64,000 nt of DNA from Chrysomallon squamiferum. Lineage: Eukaryota > Animalia > Mollusca. The stretch is from assembly GCA_012295275.1 (NCBI GenBank), contig CM022673.1, positions 8,742,001-8,806,000 of the forward strand, written 5' to 3'. Under the pieces are notes generated by a model, which was not told the DNA's origin, did not search any database, and was given only the letters and a program-made list of their open reading frames with translations. The position numbers and the translations under genes are program-made. The first letter of the stretch is position 1. Every line of letters starts with the position of its first letter. Of this stretch, positions 1 through 13,943 are shown piece after piece.

Positions 1-2
1 CC

Positions 3-354
3 CGTCTAATTTTACGTTATATCTTCTTTATTTCGAAAAATAATTTATAAAACAAATGGAAATAAGTGACATTTTTACAAATTAACTAATTATAATGTGG
101 TATCACTAAAAAATATTTCGTTTCTTTTAATCACGTGACCTGTGTTTTTGCAGGTTATATATCCAATATGTGCATTATCCATCGGCCCTGGTGTCTGGGC
201 ATGTGGTTGGCGTGTTGAGTCGAGAGTCGCACCACAGTGAGTTCGAATCGCCCTCCGAGCCCTGTGATGTACTTCAGTCACTGCGCTTTCTGCTGTTCAT
301 GTCACTGGGTCAACACTTAAATCCACTACCCTTTTTCATATTTTTTGTTTATTT
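3..354. repeat. Local duplication copy 1 (about 350 bp; may extend upstream of the window)
   Basis: Nearly identical to 2040-2392 at an offset of 2037 bp, with only a few substitutions (atcactaa/atcattaa, ttaatc/ttgatc, gagccctg/gagcactg). It contains an exon-like GC-richer core after tttttgcag| (starting at 154) and a gtgagt donor-like site. Confidence 0.92.
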
Positions 355-873
355 ATTTTTATTTTTTTTTATTTTAATAACGAATATAATTTAAGAAAAG
401 TAGTTTTAATCTAATGATTCTGGATAAAAAGACAAGATATCCGATGTTAAACGCGATACGTTACTCTTTTTCTTAGAAAGCAGCAACACATAGTTTATGT
501 TTTCACCTTCTCGTAAACAATGGCGCACATAATACCATTGCCTTTCATTAACAAATCTTGGAATACTGTGACAGATATTTGAACCCGTCCACTGAGGTTG
601 ATTGAACTCATGATTCCTAAAGCTAATCACAGAGCTAGGATCCTCTACTTAATAGATTCATTTCTGCAGGTATGGTAAATCAATGTATAAGATAATCTCT
701 ATTTGTAATTTTTAAAATTAAATTTATAAATCATTGGCGTTGAATATGTATGTATATGAAACAACAACAACAACATCAGCATCAATAACAGTAAATAACA
801 AAAACAACAATAATAACAGTAATAATGATGATTACGATGATGTTGATGATATATATTATTACTATCAATGTCG

Positions 874-911
<38 letters not shown>

Positions 912-1686
912 GTCATTATATCGTAACCTACCCTTTGTTCATTTGTCTTGTACGTTCGGCCAGCTCAATCATCTAAAACACAAATTAAAATTAATTAAAA
1001 TTAAATTAATCAGAATTTCAGTTAAAGGCATGTTTACCATGATTATGATGATCATAAATTATTTCAGCCAGTAAAACAGTTAAACAGCCAGATACCTGCA
1101 TGATTATTATTTAGTTTTTGCATATATTAACAGTTATAATTGTTAATAATATTAATTTGTCAAACTGTAAGAGAAAACTCCTTATTTCATTGTAATTTTT
1201 TTTTTTTTTTTGTCATTCATTTGTCGACAGACACTTTATTAATTCAGCGTGGAAAACAACGTCTACAAGGAATTTCCCAACTCCAGTGTGTTTTACCTCT
1301 CTCGTTATTCCAACTAGTGACACTGATTATACCTCGTTGACAGGTGATAACTAAGTGGAGACTGTCATTTCTGAAACTTACAAGTGAGTGACAGTATTTC
1401 ACAGAAAATAAAATTATTTTGAATAACATTTCCCTTTTTTTTTAAATTTTATTTATTATTATTTTTTTTGGCAGTAGCTGGCTACACATATGATGGTCGT
1501 GGGATCCAATCATTCTAGCCGCATCAAAGTTATTACAAATAACATATAATGAATGCAAAAGATTTCTTTTGCTGATAATAGCCAACTTAATTACGATACG
1601 AATAGCCAAGCTAAGTAGTATAGAGGATTTACCATCCAAGGACTATTTCTAGGTAGTGTATGCTGTGTGAAAGAGAAAGAGAGAGA

Positions 1687-1770
1687 AGGGAAAGTAAGAG
1701 TTGGAGTTAGAGAGAGAGAGAGAGGGAGAGGGAGGGAGAGAGACAGAGAGAGAAAGAGAGAGAGAGAGAG

Positions 1771-1837
<67 letters not shown>
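1687..1837. repeat. (AG)n-rich microsatellite
   Basis: Seen directly in sequence. Confidence 0.95.
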
Positions 1838-1841
<4 letters not shown>

Positions 1842-2039
1842 GCTCAAGATAATAAAAAATAATAAAAAATTGTAGGAGCAGCAGCAATAACAAAAGTAAA
1901 CAAATAAGTGATTTATGGTAAATAAATTAACTAATCCTTTATTACGATTAGTAATGATTTTCAGTGTCACATATTATGATATTAGCGTTGGACTTTCCTA
2001 CTTTCATTTTCAAGCTTAACATTAGTAAAGGGGAATTCT

Positions 2040-2392
2040 CGTCTAATTTTACGTTATATCTTCTTTATTTCGAAAAATAATTTATAAAACAAATGGAAAT
2101 AAGTGACATTTTTACAAATTAACTAATTATAATGTGGTATCATTAAAAAATATTTCGTTTCTTTTGATCACGTGACCTGTGTTTTTGCAGGTTATATATC
2201 CAATATGTGCATTATCCATCGGCCCTGGTGTCTGGGCATGTGGTTGGCGTGTTGAGTCGAGAGTCGCACCACAGTGAGTTCGAATCGCCCTCCGAGCACT
2301 GTGATGTACTTCAGTCACTGCGCTTTCTGCTGTTCATGTCACTGGGTCAACACTTAAATCCACTACCCTCTTTTCATATTTTTTGTTTATTT
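2040..2392. repeat. Local duplication copy 2; a short third partial copy lies at about 2561-2610
   Basis: Direct match to 3-354. gttcatatcactggtacgacacttaaatcgattaccc at 2561 resembles gttcatgtcactgggtcaacacttaaatccactaccc in both copies. Confidence 0.92.
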
Positions 2393-2850
2393 TAAAATAT
2401 TTATTCCTTTTCTATAATTATCGATATCATTCTTAAATCAAAATGTTTTAAATTCGTATAAATAAATATTTTTTATTTATGATAAATTATTAATTTTAAT
2501 TTTTTTTTATCTTTAAGAACAGAGAGATAAATCAGTTCTTCCAATATTTATTTTGTTGAGGTTCATATCACTGGTACGACACTTAAATCGATTACCCTTT
2601 TTCTATTTTTTTTATAACATTATTATCATCATCATCATCATCATCATCACTATTTATACCACCATTATCACCTTCCAAGCACTGATTAAGATGCTTCCAA
2701 GCACTGATATGTAGACCATAAATTCAAATATACATACAAACACATACAAAACATACAAGTTATATACATACATATTATTATTATTATTTGTTTACCTTGA
2801 TGGATACAGAGATAAGTCAGTTCTTCCATACATATATACATGCATCCATG

Positions 2851-2881
<31 letters not shown>

Positions 2882-2929
2882 CTAATCACCCATTCACCCA
2901 TAACACATAATTTTATATATATTTCTACT

Positions 2930-2933
<4 letters not shown>

Positions 2934-2973
<40 letters not shown>

Positions 2974-2985
2974 TGTGTGTCACTC

Positions 2986-3083
<98 letters not shown>
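2934..3083. repeat. Compound microsatellite (TG)n-(CT)n-(CA)n
   Basis: Seen directly in sequence. Confidence 0.95.
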
Positions 3084-3084
<1 letters not shown>

Positions 3085-3880
3085 CTCCTTTCCTCATGGA
3101 TAACTTTACATCTTCATTTCATTTTAAAAGCAATTATTTACTTAAACCTAAAAGGTTCACCAATGTACATATCCACAAATTCCCATACACCCGGGAATTA
3201 ACGTTTACTATCTATCCATTAAAAAATTCCCCGCTGTTCTTGACCCGCCATTACCGAACATGACCCGTCTGGGCTTTTTTTTTTTTTACGTTTCTGGCGC
3301 AACGCTTACGTGAAATACACTATCGCTCCTTAAGTATTCTGAAATTCTCCTCGACCTTCATCACGTATAGAAATGTTAGCGCGGCCGTTGAGTGTTTTAC
3401 GATTATTAAGAAATGATCAAATGGCCATTGCTACAAACAAGTGTTTTTGTCTTAACCTTTGTGCGAGGCACGAACCGAGCCGCTATTGCAAATAGAGCTG
3501 CGAAGATGGAAGGAAAATTATACTGGATTTTTTATTGGCAAATGATTTTAACGGCCAAACTGCACATTTCTATTGCATTTTATGACTTAGTGTTAAATGA
3601 ATCTTGCCATAAAAGACGGCAGTATCATGTATGAAGGAATTATATTATCGAAAGACCAGCTCGAAGGATTTGGCGTCCAGATTAAATTTTCTGACAATGG
3701 ACGTAAGAAGACTCGTGTCTGAATATAGCGTGGGTCGCAAAGGTTAAAAATAATAACGTATGAAGAGATACGGGCCAGACAGCGAGTCATGCAGCTCAAG
3801 TCAGATGGTTAGCAATTTGAACGATTATTCGTTTTATTGCGTCTATGATAATAAATTGATGCATGGATGAATGAACAGAT

Positions 3881-3917
<37 letters not shown>

Positions 3918-3918
3918 G

Positions 3919-3984
<66 letters not shown>

Positions 3985-5673
3985 TTGTGTGTATTATTAT
4001 TATTATTATTATTAGTAGTTGTAGTAGTAGTACTTGTAGTAGTAACAGTAGAAGTAGTAATAATAGTGCTAGTAGCGGTAGATGTAAATGTACTAGTATT
4101 AGAATAGGTAGTAGAACTAACAGTAGTAGGGTACTGAGCTAGCAGTAGCAGTAATAGTAGTAGTATTCGTAGTGGTATTAGTAGTAGTAAAATAAAAATT
4201 AAGAATAAAAACATTTGTTTATTATTCTTGTTATCAGTTTATATAGTAGACATAAAACAACTAAACTCATTCAATTTTTTATTTACCAACAAAAGAAATT
4301 AATTTTCACTTGTCCAGCAGCAATGAAAAACAACAACAACAACAAAAAAAAAAAAAAAACAAAAAACCTGAATTATCTATGCATACCTAAAAATAACTTG
4401 GAATGTCTGCTACCCGAATATAATAATGTAGGTTCATCTACTGATGTCACCTATATTAACTTTATTACCTACAAATGATGAGATGAGAAGAGGACAGTTT
4501 TAATATGACATCTGCTGTCGCAGTCATTTCAACGTAATCACTGACAAGCGAAAGTTCCTGCGACAGTTAATATTGTTAACATGAAGACACATAATTAAAT
4601 AATTTACAGTAATGAGTAGCTTACATACAGAAATGAATGATACGATAATAGTAGGTTTCAGATTTTATGGACGTCAGTTTTATTACTGGGGTATAGTTTA
4701 TTATTAGCAAAAGTTGATCGCCACAACTAAAAAAAAAAAAAAAAAAATTGTTATGAAGACCAGTGATGACCTCACAAGAGTCAGATAGCGCTGACAATAT
4801 TGGAACATATAACATCTTCGGATAACGGTCCTTCTAACGGCAGAATATCCTCTTCTCACATTTTCCAATCTTTGGCCCCCATTAGGTTCGTGCCAGGTTC
4901 AGCCTGAGTAACCTGCTGCAACTTTTTCCTTCTTCATTACTCATGCAGATTGACCATTAGTTCCTGCCCTTTGTTTTATTGCAAAACAATGAGCTGGTTT
5001 AAAACCTATCTCTTTTTAACGACCACACTATGAATTGTTATCCACTTCAATCTCTTTCCGTCTGGTTGTGTATCTGTCTCGAGTACAAAACGATCTGTTC
5101 AGCGACAAAATGAAATGTAATAGAACTTCTTCCAGCCAAAAATAATTGGCCTTCGGGTGTGAGGGCAAGTACCTACTTTCCGGGAACGACCATTTTGGAG
5201 CGAAACCATTGGTCGTCTTGTACCACTGTCTCATCGTAAACAGTATACCAATACAAATGTTAAAAGAAATATTATGTGATGTTTTGTCGGCGTAAAATTC
5301 CTATAAAAGATACTTCACTATTAATAATACAAAAATTAATAATAATTCTTGGTACTGAATAGCTGATGACAGAAATTATCAATGTTCTCTAATTGTTTAT
5401 ATATATAACAAAGATTATATATATAGATATATATGTGTGCGTGTGTGTATGTGTATATATATATATATGTATGTAAACATGTATGTATGTATGTATATGT
5501 TTGTATGTATGTATATGTATGTATCTGTATGTATGTATGTATGTATATATATGTATGTATGTATCTGTATGTATATATGTATGTATACAAGTATGTATGT
5601 ATGTATGTGTATACATGCCTATGTGTTTGTGTTTCTTGTTTATCTAAACGTGTGTTTTGTTGTATAATTTTAG

Positions 5674-6540
5674 TATTTCACATTGTGAGATGCGTGGGAG
5701 GACTCTGCTCACGGTCCTTCTCACAGTCCTGTAGTCCCACCATCAAAACTCTGGGAACCTACACTGACCCCGTCCAAGAGTTTGAGGTGATGTTACCAGC
5801 AGACACCAGATTCTCCCTGAAAACTGCCTGCAGGTAAACAGGAGGAGGTTTTATCTTAATATTTATGTTTCAACCGGTTACATTTAGTTAAAATAACAAG
5901 TAATTTTATTAGCCAATCAAAGTTATTGAAATTTTAAATTGACGAAACAAAGTAATTATATCAACTAATCAAATTTATTGACACATTTAATTAAAATAAT
6001 GATATAATTATATCAGCCAATCAAATGTATTGAAACATTTCATTTAAATTAGGATTTTTTATTTCAGCCAATCAAATTTCAAATAAACCTTTTAAGTGTA
6101 ATTATTATTATTATCAAATTTCTAGAAAAAAAGACCTAAAATAACATGTTTTATTTAAACCATTCAGTATCTTTAAAATGTTTAAATAAAAACACCACTA
6201 TTTACTTAAGCCGGGTTAATTTAGAACTGCACTCAAAGATATTTTAAAAATAATAATGTACATTCATCTTTCAACTGGTTTCACTGGCCAATACATTTTC
6301 TGTTGACAATAGAACAACTCTTTAACTGTGAAAAAAAACAAGCTGTTTCTCAGTGTAAAAATAACTATTTTAATTTGAATGAATCACGGCTTATTGTTTC
6401 AGACACTACTCAGACTACGAAGACTGTGTGGAAACATACGGAGATAACTGCACAGAGGTACTGAAAGATACAGAGATATTTCACACCGTGTTTAAACCAC
6501 TCTGTCGTGAAAATTATAAACGTGAGTAAATAGACTACTA

Positions 6541-6591
<51 letters not shown>

Positions 6592-6732
6592 ATGTTACTG
6601 CTGCTGCTGCTACTTCAAACACTTTCTCTGTTTATGTATATGTTTTTATCTTCTTTTCTGTGTGTCTTCTGTTGCTATTATTATTGTTGTTGTTGTTGTT
6701 ACTGTTTATTATTATTATTATTATTGTTGTTG

Positions 6733-6772
<40 letters not shown>

Positions 6773-8217
6773 TATTATGTTTTAATTTATTTATCTACGT
6801 AAGACATAAGCATATTAAAACATTCCTCCCCCATGTAAACTTGTTGCTATAACCAAGCTCACAACTAACAGCCAGTGAAGAAGCTTAAGGGCACAATCCT
6901 ACTTCGTGAATTAATGCTGTCTGAATGTCAGTGTTTTTAACCTGTAATTGTTTTTATCTCTGTACAAAGCGTTAATTACATGTTGACATTACTACGACCG
7001 GCTTGTGTAAACACGACCTAATGTGGCATGTAGTAAAACTGAGTGAATGAAATGAAAAGTTTTTTTTTATATTGATGTAGACCATAAAAGAACTTCTGTT
7101 AACATGGGCTAGTTAATCGATTATTTTAATCGATCGATCAGTGAAAAGGGAAGAAAAAAGTATGATAGGTACAAAGAGAAGAAGAAGAAAAAAGGGTGAG
7201 GTAGGAAAGAAGGGAATCAGAATGTCGCAGAAATCTGTTTCTTTGTATGTTAGTATTTGCGTGTGCGTATCTGTATGTGTGTGAGTGTGTGCGCTTATTT
7301 ATGCGTGCATTTGTACGTACCATATCTGACTGATGATATGTGGTCTTAAGAGTCCATTCCTGTTGGTGTGACCATTAGGTTAATTCCCGTTCCATCCACT
7401 GCTCCAAAGTCCGTGTCTCAGAATTTGTGATATGTGTTATACTGCATATTGAATAATGTGTTTTAAAGATTCATAACAAAAGTTCATTTAACAGCGATCT
7501 GATTTGTATCTGTTGTGTTACATTATATATTCTTCGAAATTAATATATAACTGTAATAGTAAAGCAGAGACTTACAATTTTAATTTTATTCTGAAAAAAA
7601 GTTTTGTGCAAACTTAAAACGAATCCTGACAAACTGAGTAAATGGCTGTAAACTAGTTGTATACTCAGTCTGTTATGACTATTTTTGCGATAAAAAATGA
7701 TAATATATTATCCTTATAAATTTGATATATTTCAGCCATTTTCATTTATAGCAAAGACTAATGACTATACACAGATAAAACAATCATTTGGAGTATACGA
7801 AACATATTTAGGTGTTTGTATTTGCCACAAAAAGCTATCATTTTGTTTAAAATGCTTCGAAGGATAGTAAATTTATATTATATTCATAGGAAACGAAACT
7901 GTTATGACAGTCTTGTTTTTTTTTCTGTTTTAGAATATCTGTCTCATCTCGACTGTTACAGAAGAATGAAGAAATATTTTGGAACTTGTAGAAGAAAAAG
8001 ACGTTCAAAAATGCCGAGCGGAATTCAGTCTTCACGTGGCAGCTACTGGTGCAGGTGTGTGTATGTGTGCGTGTGTGTGTGTATGTGTGTGTGAGTGCGC
8101 GTGAATATGCAGGAATACATGATTATATTTATCATTTTTTTTGTATGCGTTGGTATAGGTAACTGTACGTGCGGGTGTTTGTACATTAGTATGCATATGT
8201 ATATTCGAGTATGTGTG

Positions 8218-8307
<90 letters not shown>

Positions 8308-9621
8308 TATATGAATATTCTTGTATTCAACATTTGTTATTTTTAAATTACTAATACCTAAGTAAATTTAATACTCCTACTGTGTGCTCAAAATAATAAA
8401 TACGAAATCCCAACAGATGATCATTTTCACATTTCCATGATGATCCAAATTTACTAATATTCAGACAGCATATTTTACTATTGATCTGCTGTTGACCTTT
8501 GTAATATGATTTGACCATCATTTAGACGTTCATTAGTTGTTGTTTTTCAAGATGTAATTCAAGCTTTCAAAGCCAGCCTCGGAGATACCGAAAGAGATCT
8601 ATACAAGTTTCATTATCTGGCGAAAAACACGTGTTATTTCACTACTTCATTACAGTAATAAGTTTATGTATTACAATCAATATGTTAAAAAATGGTCTTT
8701 AAGCAGCTGTTGCTTGGTAACTATATGTGAAACACACAACTCGAGGCAGTATCTATCAACCAATCAATCATATAAAGATGTTTATTTTCACTGAAGATTC
8801 TCAGAATTCTCTGGTAGTCACAGATTGAGTCCACTGAAGGCGAGCTTAAACAGTCATCTGATGGAAACATACCAAAAATATAAGCATGTGTGTGTTAAGA
8901 ATTAAAATTAAAGGTTTGAATCTACGTCAAGCATTTTGTTGTGACATTAAGTTGTGATATTTTATTTCAGTCAAATTCCTTTTCTTATTATGCCCATGGC
9001 ATGACTGCTGAAGGTTACAAATGTATTAATTTGTAAGAAAACAATATGTTATTGTTATTCATCATCTTTTTTTTTTTCTTTTTCTTCACTCGTTGTTGTT
9101 GTTGTTTTGTTAATACAGATTATCAAAGAACCGAGATGAGATCTTTTCAGTTCCCACACACAAAGTATTAAACATTCTTTATAAACAACTAAATCAGAAA
9201 CCAAACTATATATATCTTTACATAACTAGCCTTCAGTTATCTTCATTTTTTTAATTATTTTTTTTAATTTTATTTTTTCAGAATTACCGGCGACTTTATT
9301 ACCTGTATGTACAGTAACATTGCTCTGGGATGCTCTATCGAGGCTGCTAACGTTTATTTAGCAATTATAAATAAAACAATCGAGACACTTCCGCACACGG
9401 GAGCGCCATGCGCATTCGCACATCCGCTTGACCTTCTGAAGACGACGACACCACCTGTTGCAGCAACGTCGCCGTTGTACATGCTGCGAGATGCGGAGCA
9501 AGTATCGAATGGACAATACAAGTCTGTGAATCCGGTCCACAATTCTCAAGGAAATTTATGCATATCTGTAATGTTTATATTAATACATTTATTATTTTTT
9601 TCCTACGAAAATATTTTATGA
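5674..9621 (+). CDS. Uncharacterised cysteine-rich protein, probably secreted and GPI-anchored (5'-partial; Cys spacing reminiscent of DUF19-like helical domains)
   Basis: Four GT-AG exons with matching phases: 5674-5833, 6403-6521, 7934-8054 and 9282-9621 (TGA). Spliced product (about 245 aa): ..FHIVRCVGGLCSRSFSQSCSPTIKTLGTYTDPVQEFEVMLPADTRFSLKTACRHYSDYEDCVETYGDNCTEVLKDTEIFHTVFKPLCRENYKQYLSHLDCYRRMKKYFGTCRRKRRSKMPSGIQSSRGSYWCRITGDFITCMYSNIALGCSIEAANVYLAIINKTIETLPHTGAPCAFAHP..TTTPP..NSQGNLCISVMFILIHLLFFSYENIL*. It has regular Cys spacing, a Thr/Pro stalk and a hydrophobic C-terminus. The start exon was not identified and the family assignment is inference. Confidence 0.8.
5885..6080. repeat. 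Degenerate tandem repeat of about 52 bp (about 4 units) carrying (C)AGCCAATCAAA
   Basis: agccaatcaaa, caactaatcaaa, cagccaatcaaa and cagccaatcaaa recur about 52 bp apart with similar flanks (ttattga..attt) in an intron of the Cys-rich gene. Confidence 0.7.
8221..8305. repeat. (AG)n microsatellite
   Basis: Seen directly in sequence. Confidence 0.95.
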
Positions 9622-9769
9622 TTTCATTCCATCTCATTTACGTGCTACCAAAGAATGACATATTTTAATATGGAGAATATAAATATCTAGATCACGTATT
9701 AAACTATTTTAAATGCTGAGAATAAGGTTTATTACATCATTGACTATTATTTAATTTATTTCGATAGAC

Positions 9770-9844
<75 letters not shown>

Positions 9845-10454
9845 AATAAAAAATTCAAAATCATATATATGGTAGAAATCATTAATAACTATTTATTTAT
9901 TTAATTAACGATATAAATTAACTTTCTTGTAACAAATTACCGTATCTACTCCAAATCAGGCATCATTTATGAATAACAGCCCAAAGAAAAGAAATTCATT
10001 TTTTTTTTATTATTATTTTTTGTTTTTTTTATATGTTTTTAAAATAGAAATTAGAATAAAAAATAAAACAAAATAAGCGAACTTCCAATAAGTGGATTCC
10101 GACAATCAAAGAATTAAATATACTGCATATCAGAAAACAGAGAAAAAAAAAATCAAAAAATCTTTAAATTGATTAGTTTTGTTTTAGAAAGCTTTTAATG
10201 TCTGCTGTTTCATCTTTTCGTGGTTTGGATGTAATATTGTATAATTAGTGTATATTAGTTAATTATACATGTATTGTGGAAAAAGTAAAATTGAAATAAT
10301 GTATGAAATTGATTAATAAACACACCCACACCCACACAGATGTACGTAGGTGTCTAACAAGTTCTATTTTATGTGCTCATAGTCAATAACTAATGTCTTG
10401 TTATTTAATTTTTATGCTTGTTTATCATTTTGTTACAACCTTCATTAATTATTA

Positions 10455-10492
<38 letters not shown>

Positions 10493-12472
10493 TTCAAAGT
10501 TAGAGAAGTAAATGATTCAATTCAAAGTTATGTAAATAAAACAATCCCACACAAACCTCTGCTACATATACAAATATATATATATATTACTCTTTTGTAG
10601 AAATGTTATTTTGTTATGTAAATAACTAAGTAATAATCTGTTGTATGATGTAGTTATGTTCTTAACATCTGGAAATAAATAATGTACAGCGACAGAAAAT
10701 ATTCAGTAATCTTGCAGTATTCTGTATTTAAAAGTTGTTTTTGTGTGCTATTATTAGAAATATATATAATAGTACTGTTACTACTACTAATAACTGTTAT
10801 AATGGTAAAGTAAAATAATGAAATGTATAAAAATGTCCAGACTGTTACTGTCATTAATGAATTTAAATTCCATGCAAGTAAATGTTTTGACTGATGAAGA
10901 CAACATGCACATATAGTTACACAAGTTTGTATGTTGACCATTACAAAAATATTACAAACTGCAAATCAATTCCAAAGGTTTGAAACCAAAAAAACACCCC
11001 AACAAAACCTATATTTTTATTTATTATTATTAATTTATTGATTTATTTTACCATTTTAAATAAAAAAAAACGATTTTTATGTCATTTCAGGAATTTTGTA
11101 TATCATATTTCAGTCTTGTTTATAATTGTATGTATTCTAGTGAATGAAATAATTGTAAAAAAAAATTGTATTATGTAATTAAAATGAATATGATATTTGA
11201 TAAGACATGTTTTTGTGTTGCCTGTTTTATTCTGTCCATTTTCTTTCTTCTTTTTCTTATTTATTTATTTATTAATTTATTTGTTTATTTATAATTTATT
11301 TTATTTTATAACAATCTCTGGCAAAATCTATTACCTACACAATTTTATAAATTTTCACCAGAATAAACAAGTATTCCATCCTCATAATGCACATAAAAGT
11401 TTATAATAATAATAATAATAATAATAATGTTTTTCACAGAACTAAAAATATTTCCAAAACACATTTTTTTTTCATAACAGTGATATTTCATGTTTCTTTA
11501 ATTCCACAAGCATGTTATAATAATAAAAAAAAAAAAAAAAAAAATCCACATGATAATAAATATCATTAATGATTTAGAAACATAAAACGCTGTTTTATTA
11601 TCTATATTTATTATCGGCATGTATTTAGAATTTCTAAAAATGATGAAGTTGTATAGAAGACTTGTCTGTCTTATTTTAAAACTCACATCACCTAATTAAG
11701 ATTACACATATATAAAAAAACATATTGATCACAGACTCTGTATAAAAATAACAAGTAATCAATGATGTAAGCTATTTTGTCATGAAGAGAAGAAGAAAAA
11801 ATTATTCTGGAAAAAATAATGAAAAATTAAAGCTACAGGTTATGGTTAAGATAATACATTATCAATATAGAGTATTTCACTGCAGTTATAAATATTGTTA
11901 TTTTTTCTTCTCAGTGACATAAACTAATTTAAAAAAATGTAAACTATGTAACAGTACAAAAAATGAGCAGCAATTTGAAGATAAATATTAAAATTATTAT
12001 TTATACCATTTTACAAAAATTGTTATTATTTATTTACTATTTTTTTTTAAAGAGTAGCCACACACATATAAACACACCAAAAAACAGACAAATTATGTCA
12101 AAAATAAAAAAACATTTTTCTCTTATATTTTTAAATAAGAATATAACAAAAAAGTTTATGTATTAAATATATAAATTTGTTCTCTGAATATTCATCATAT
12201 TATAATAACAATGGAAGAAAATGAATATAAATATTAATTAACAAATCTAATTTAGACTGAATTACAAGAACATACAGATAGAGGGACTTATAACATACTG
12301 ATAAAGAAGACAAAAATATGAACATTACAATTCAATGTCTACCTCTGGTATGAGAAGATAATCTATTAATTCTATTAAAATCCAAAATCTAAACCTTAAG
12401 ATTATAAGTATTTATTTCCCTTCTTCAAAGGATGACATAACAAATTAAAAAATAAGTAAAATAAAATACTAA

Positions 12473-12529
<57 letters not shown>

Positions 12530-12531
12530 TC

Positions 12532-12573
<42 letters not shown>

Positions 12574-12684
12574 GTCATAGTAATAAAATCTAAAAAAGAA
12601 AAATATTAATTTCTGCAATATATCTAGAAATAATGGATAATACTGCACAGAACTGAGCAAACTGCACTGGAATAGCAGATATAG

Positions 12685-12715
<31 letters not shown>

Positions 12716-13428
12716 ATGGTTAATTTTAATTTTAAAAATGTATCATTACCATTCATTTATAATTTTAATTTTACTTAATCAGAATCAAAAGCTACAACAA
12801 ATATTACCTTCCTATGATTTTTATTTAAAAAACTAAAACAAAATATCAAAAAAACCCATTCATCTTTATAATGTATATAAAATCAGTAACAAAAAATATT
12901 CAGCATGTAACACTTTGTCCAAACAACAAAACAATATAAAAATAAAAATAAATGGTTCAATTGTCCTCATGAGGTTGTTTTTTTGGGGTGGGTTTTCAGC
13001 TCAATATTAAGTGTACTCATGGTCTTGACAAAATGTATCTTTTAATCTCGGCAACTGAAGTCCAAACTTTTCTAATGATAAAGTATCACAATGATAGGAC
13101 AGGCATCACTAATGACGTAGGTAAAAATAAAAGATGAACAAACTCTTTAAACTCTTTTATGCTATTATCTTGCCCTTAGTCTTTTTTTTTCTCTCTTCTT
13201 TTCATATACACTGGTATATTGGTCATAAACATATATTTATGTTTTATCATTTTATTAATTCATATATATATATATTATTCCTCCTTTATTATCAGCAAAG
13301 GTCAGTCATGGTGAATAAAAATAAGTCTTCACTGACTTGAAGCAATACAAAATCTATTTCAGCTGTTTGTTCCCATGTATATATATTATGTGAACACTTT
13401 TATTATTAGTAAAAATGTTAAGTATTTT

Positions 13429-13885
13429 CTAAACAAACTGGTAATTTTCTCTTGCAGCATTAAATGGAATTCTCTGAAAAAGACTCTCGCTGTCCTCTAT
13501 GGTGTACCTAGTTGTCCAGTCTATTCTGCTGGGTCGAATCAGACCACAGCACTGGAAATCTAAAACATCTATCAAATTTCTGAGTACTCCTCGACTGAAA
13601 TTAGAAAAAAACAAAACACTCTGTACTGGATTATATAAAACAATTTATGTTTCAGAGTGATGTATATGAGACACAAGATGAAATGTTAATTTTCGCACAT
13701 TTTATTAGTAATTTATAATTTTGCTGATGTCCATTTTATTCAAAGTCAAAAGAAAATTAATTGAATTTCTGTATGGATAATAATTTTGGGTGGATATTCT
13801 GTTTATGATTATGTATGTCTTTTAATTTAATTTAATTTTTTTTTTATATATTAAAAACAGCTTTATAATAGTCATAGTAGTAGTC

Positions 13886-13943
<58 letters not shown>

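Noticed and set aside
154-310. In-frame TGA codons in the duplicated exon-like segment read as selenocysteine
   Set aside because: There is no recognisable selenoprotein motif or SECIS, and the reading frame itself is unsupported.
2934-3083. (TG)n...(CA)n hairpin potential
   Set aside because: The complementarity arises trivially from abundant dinucleotide repeats.
3413-3634. 73-aa ORF as an independent gene
   Set aside because: It is short and has no recognisable homology. It is kept only as a weak candidate start exon for the Cys-rich gene.
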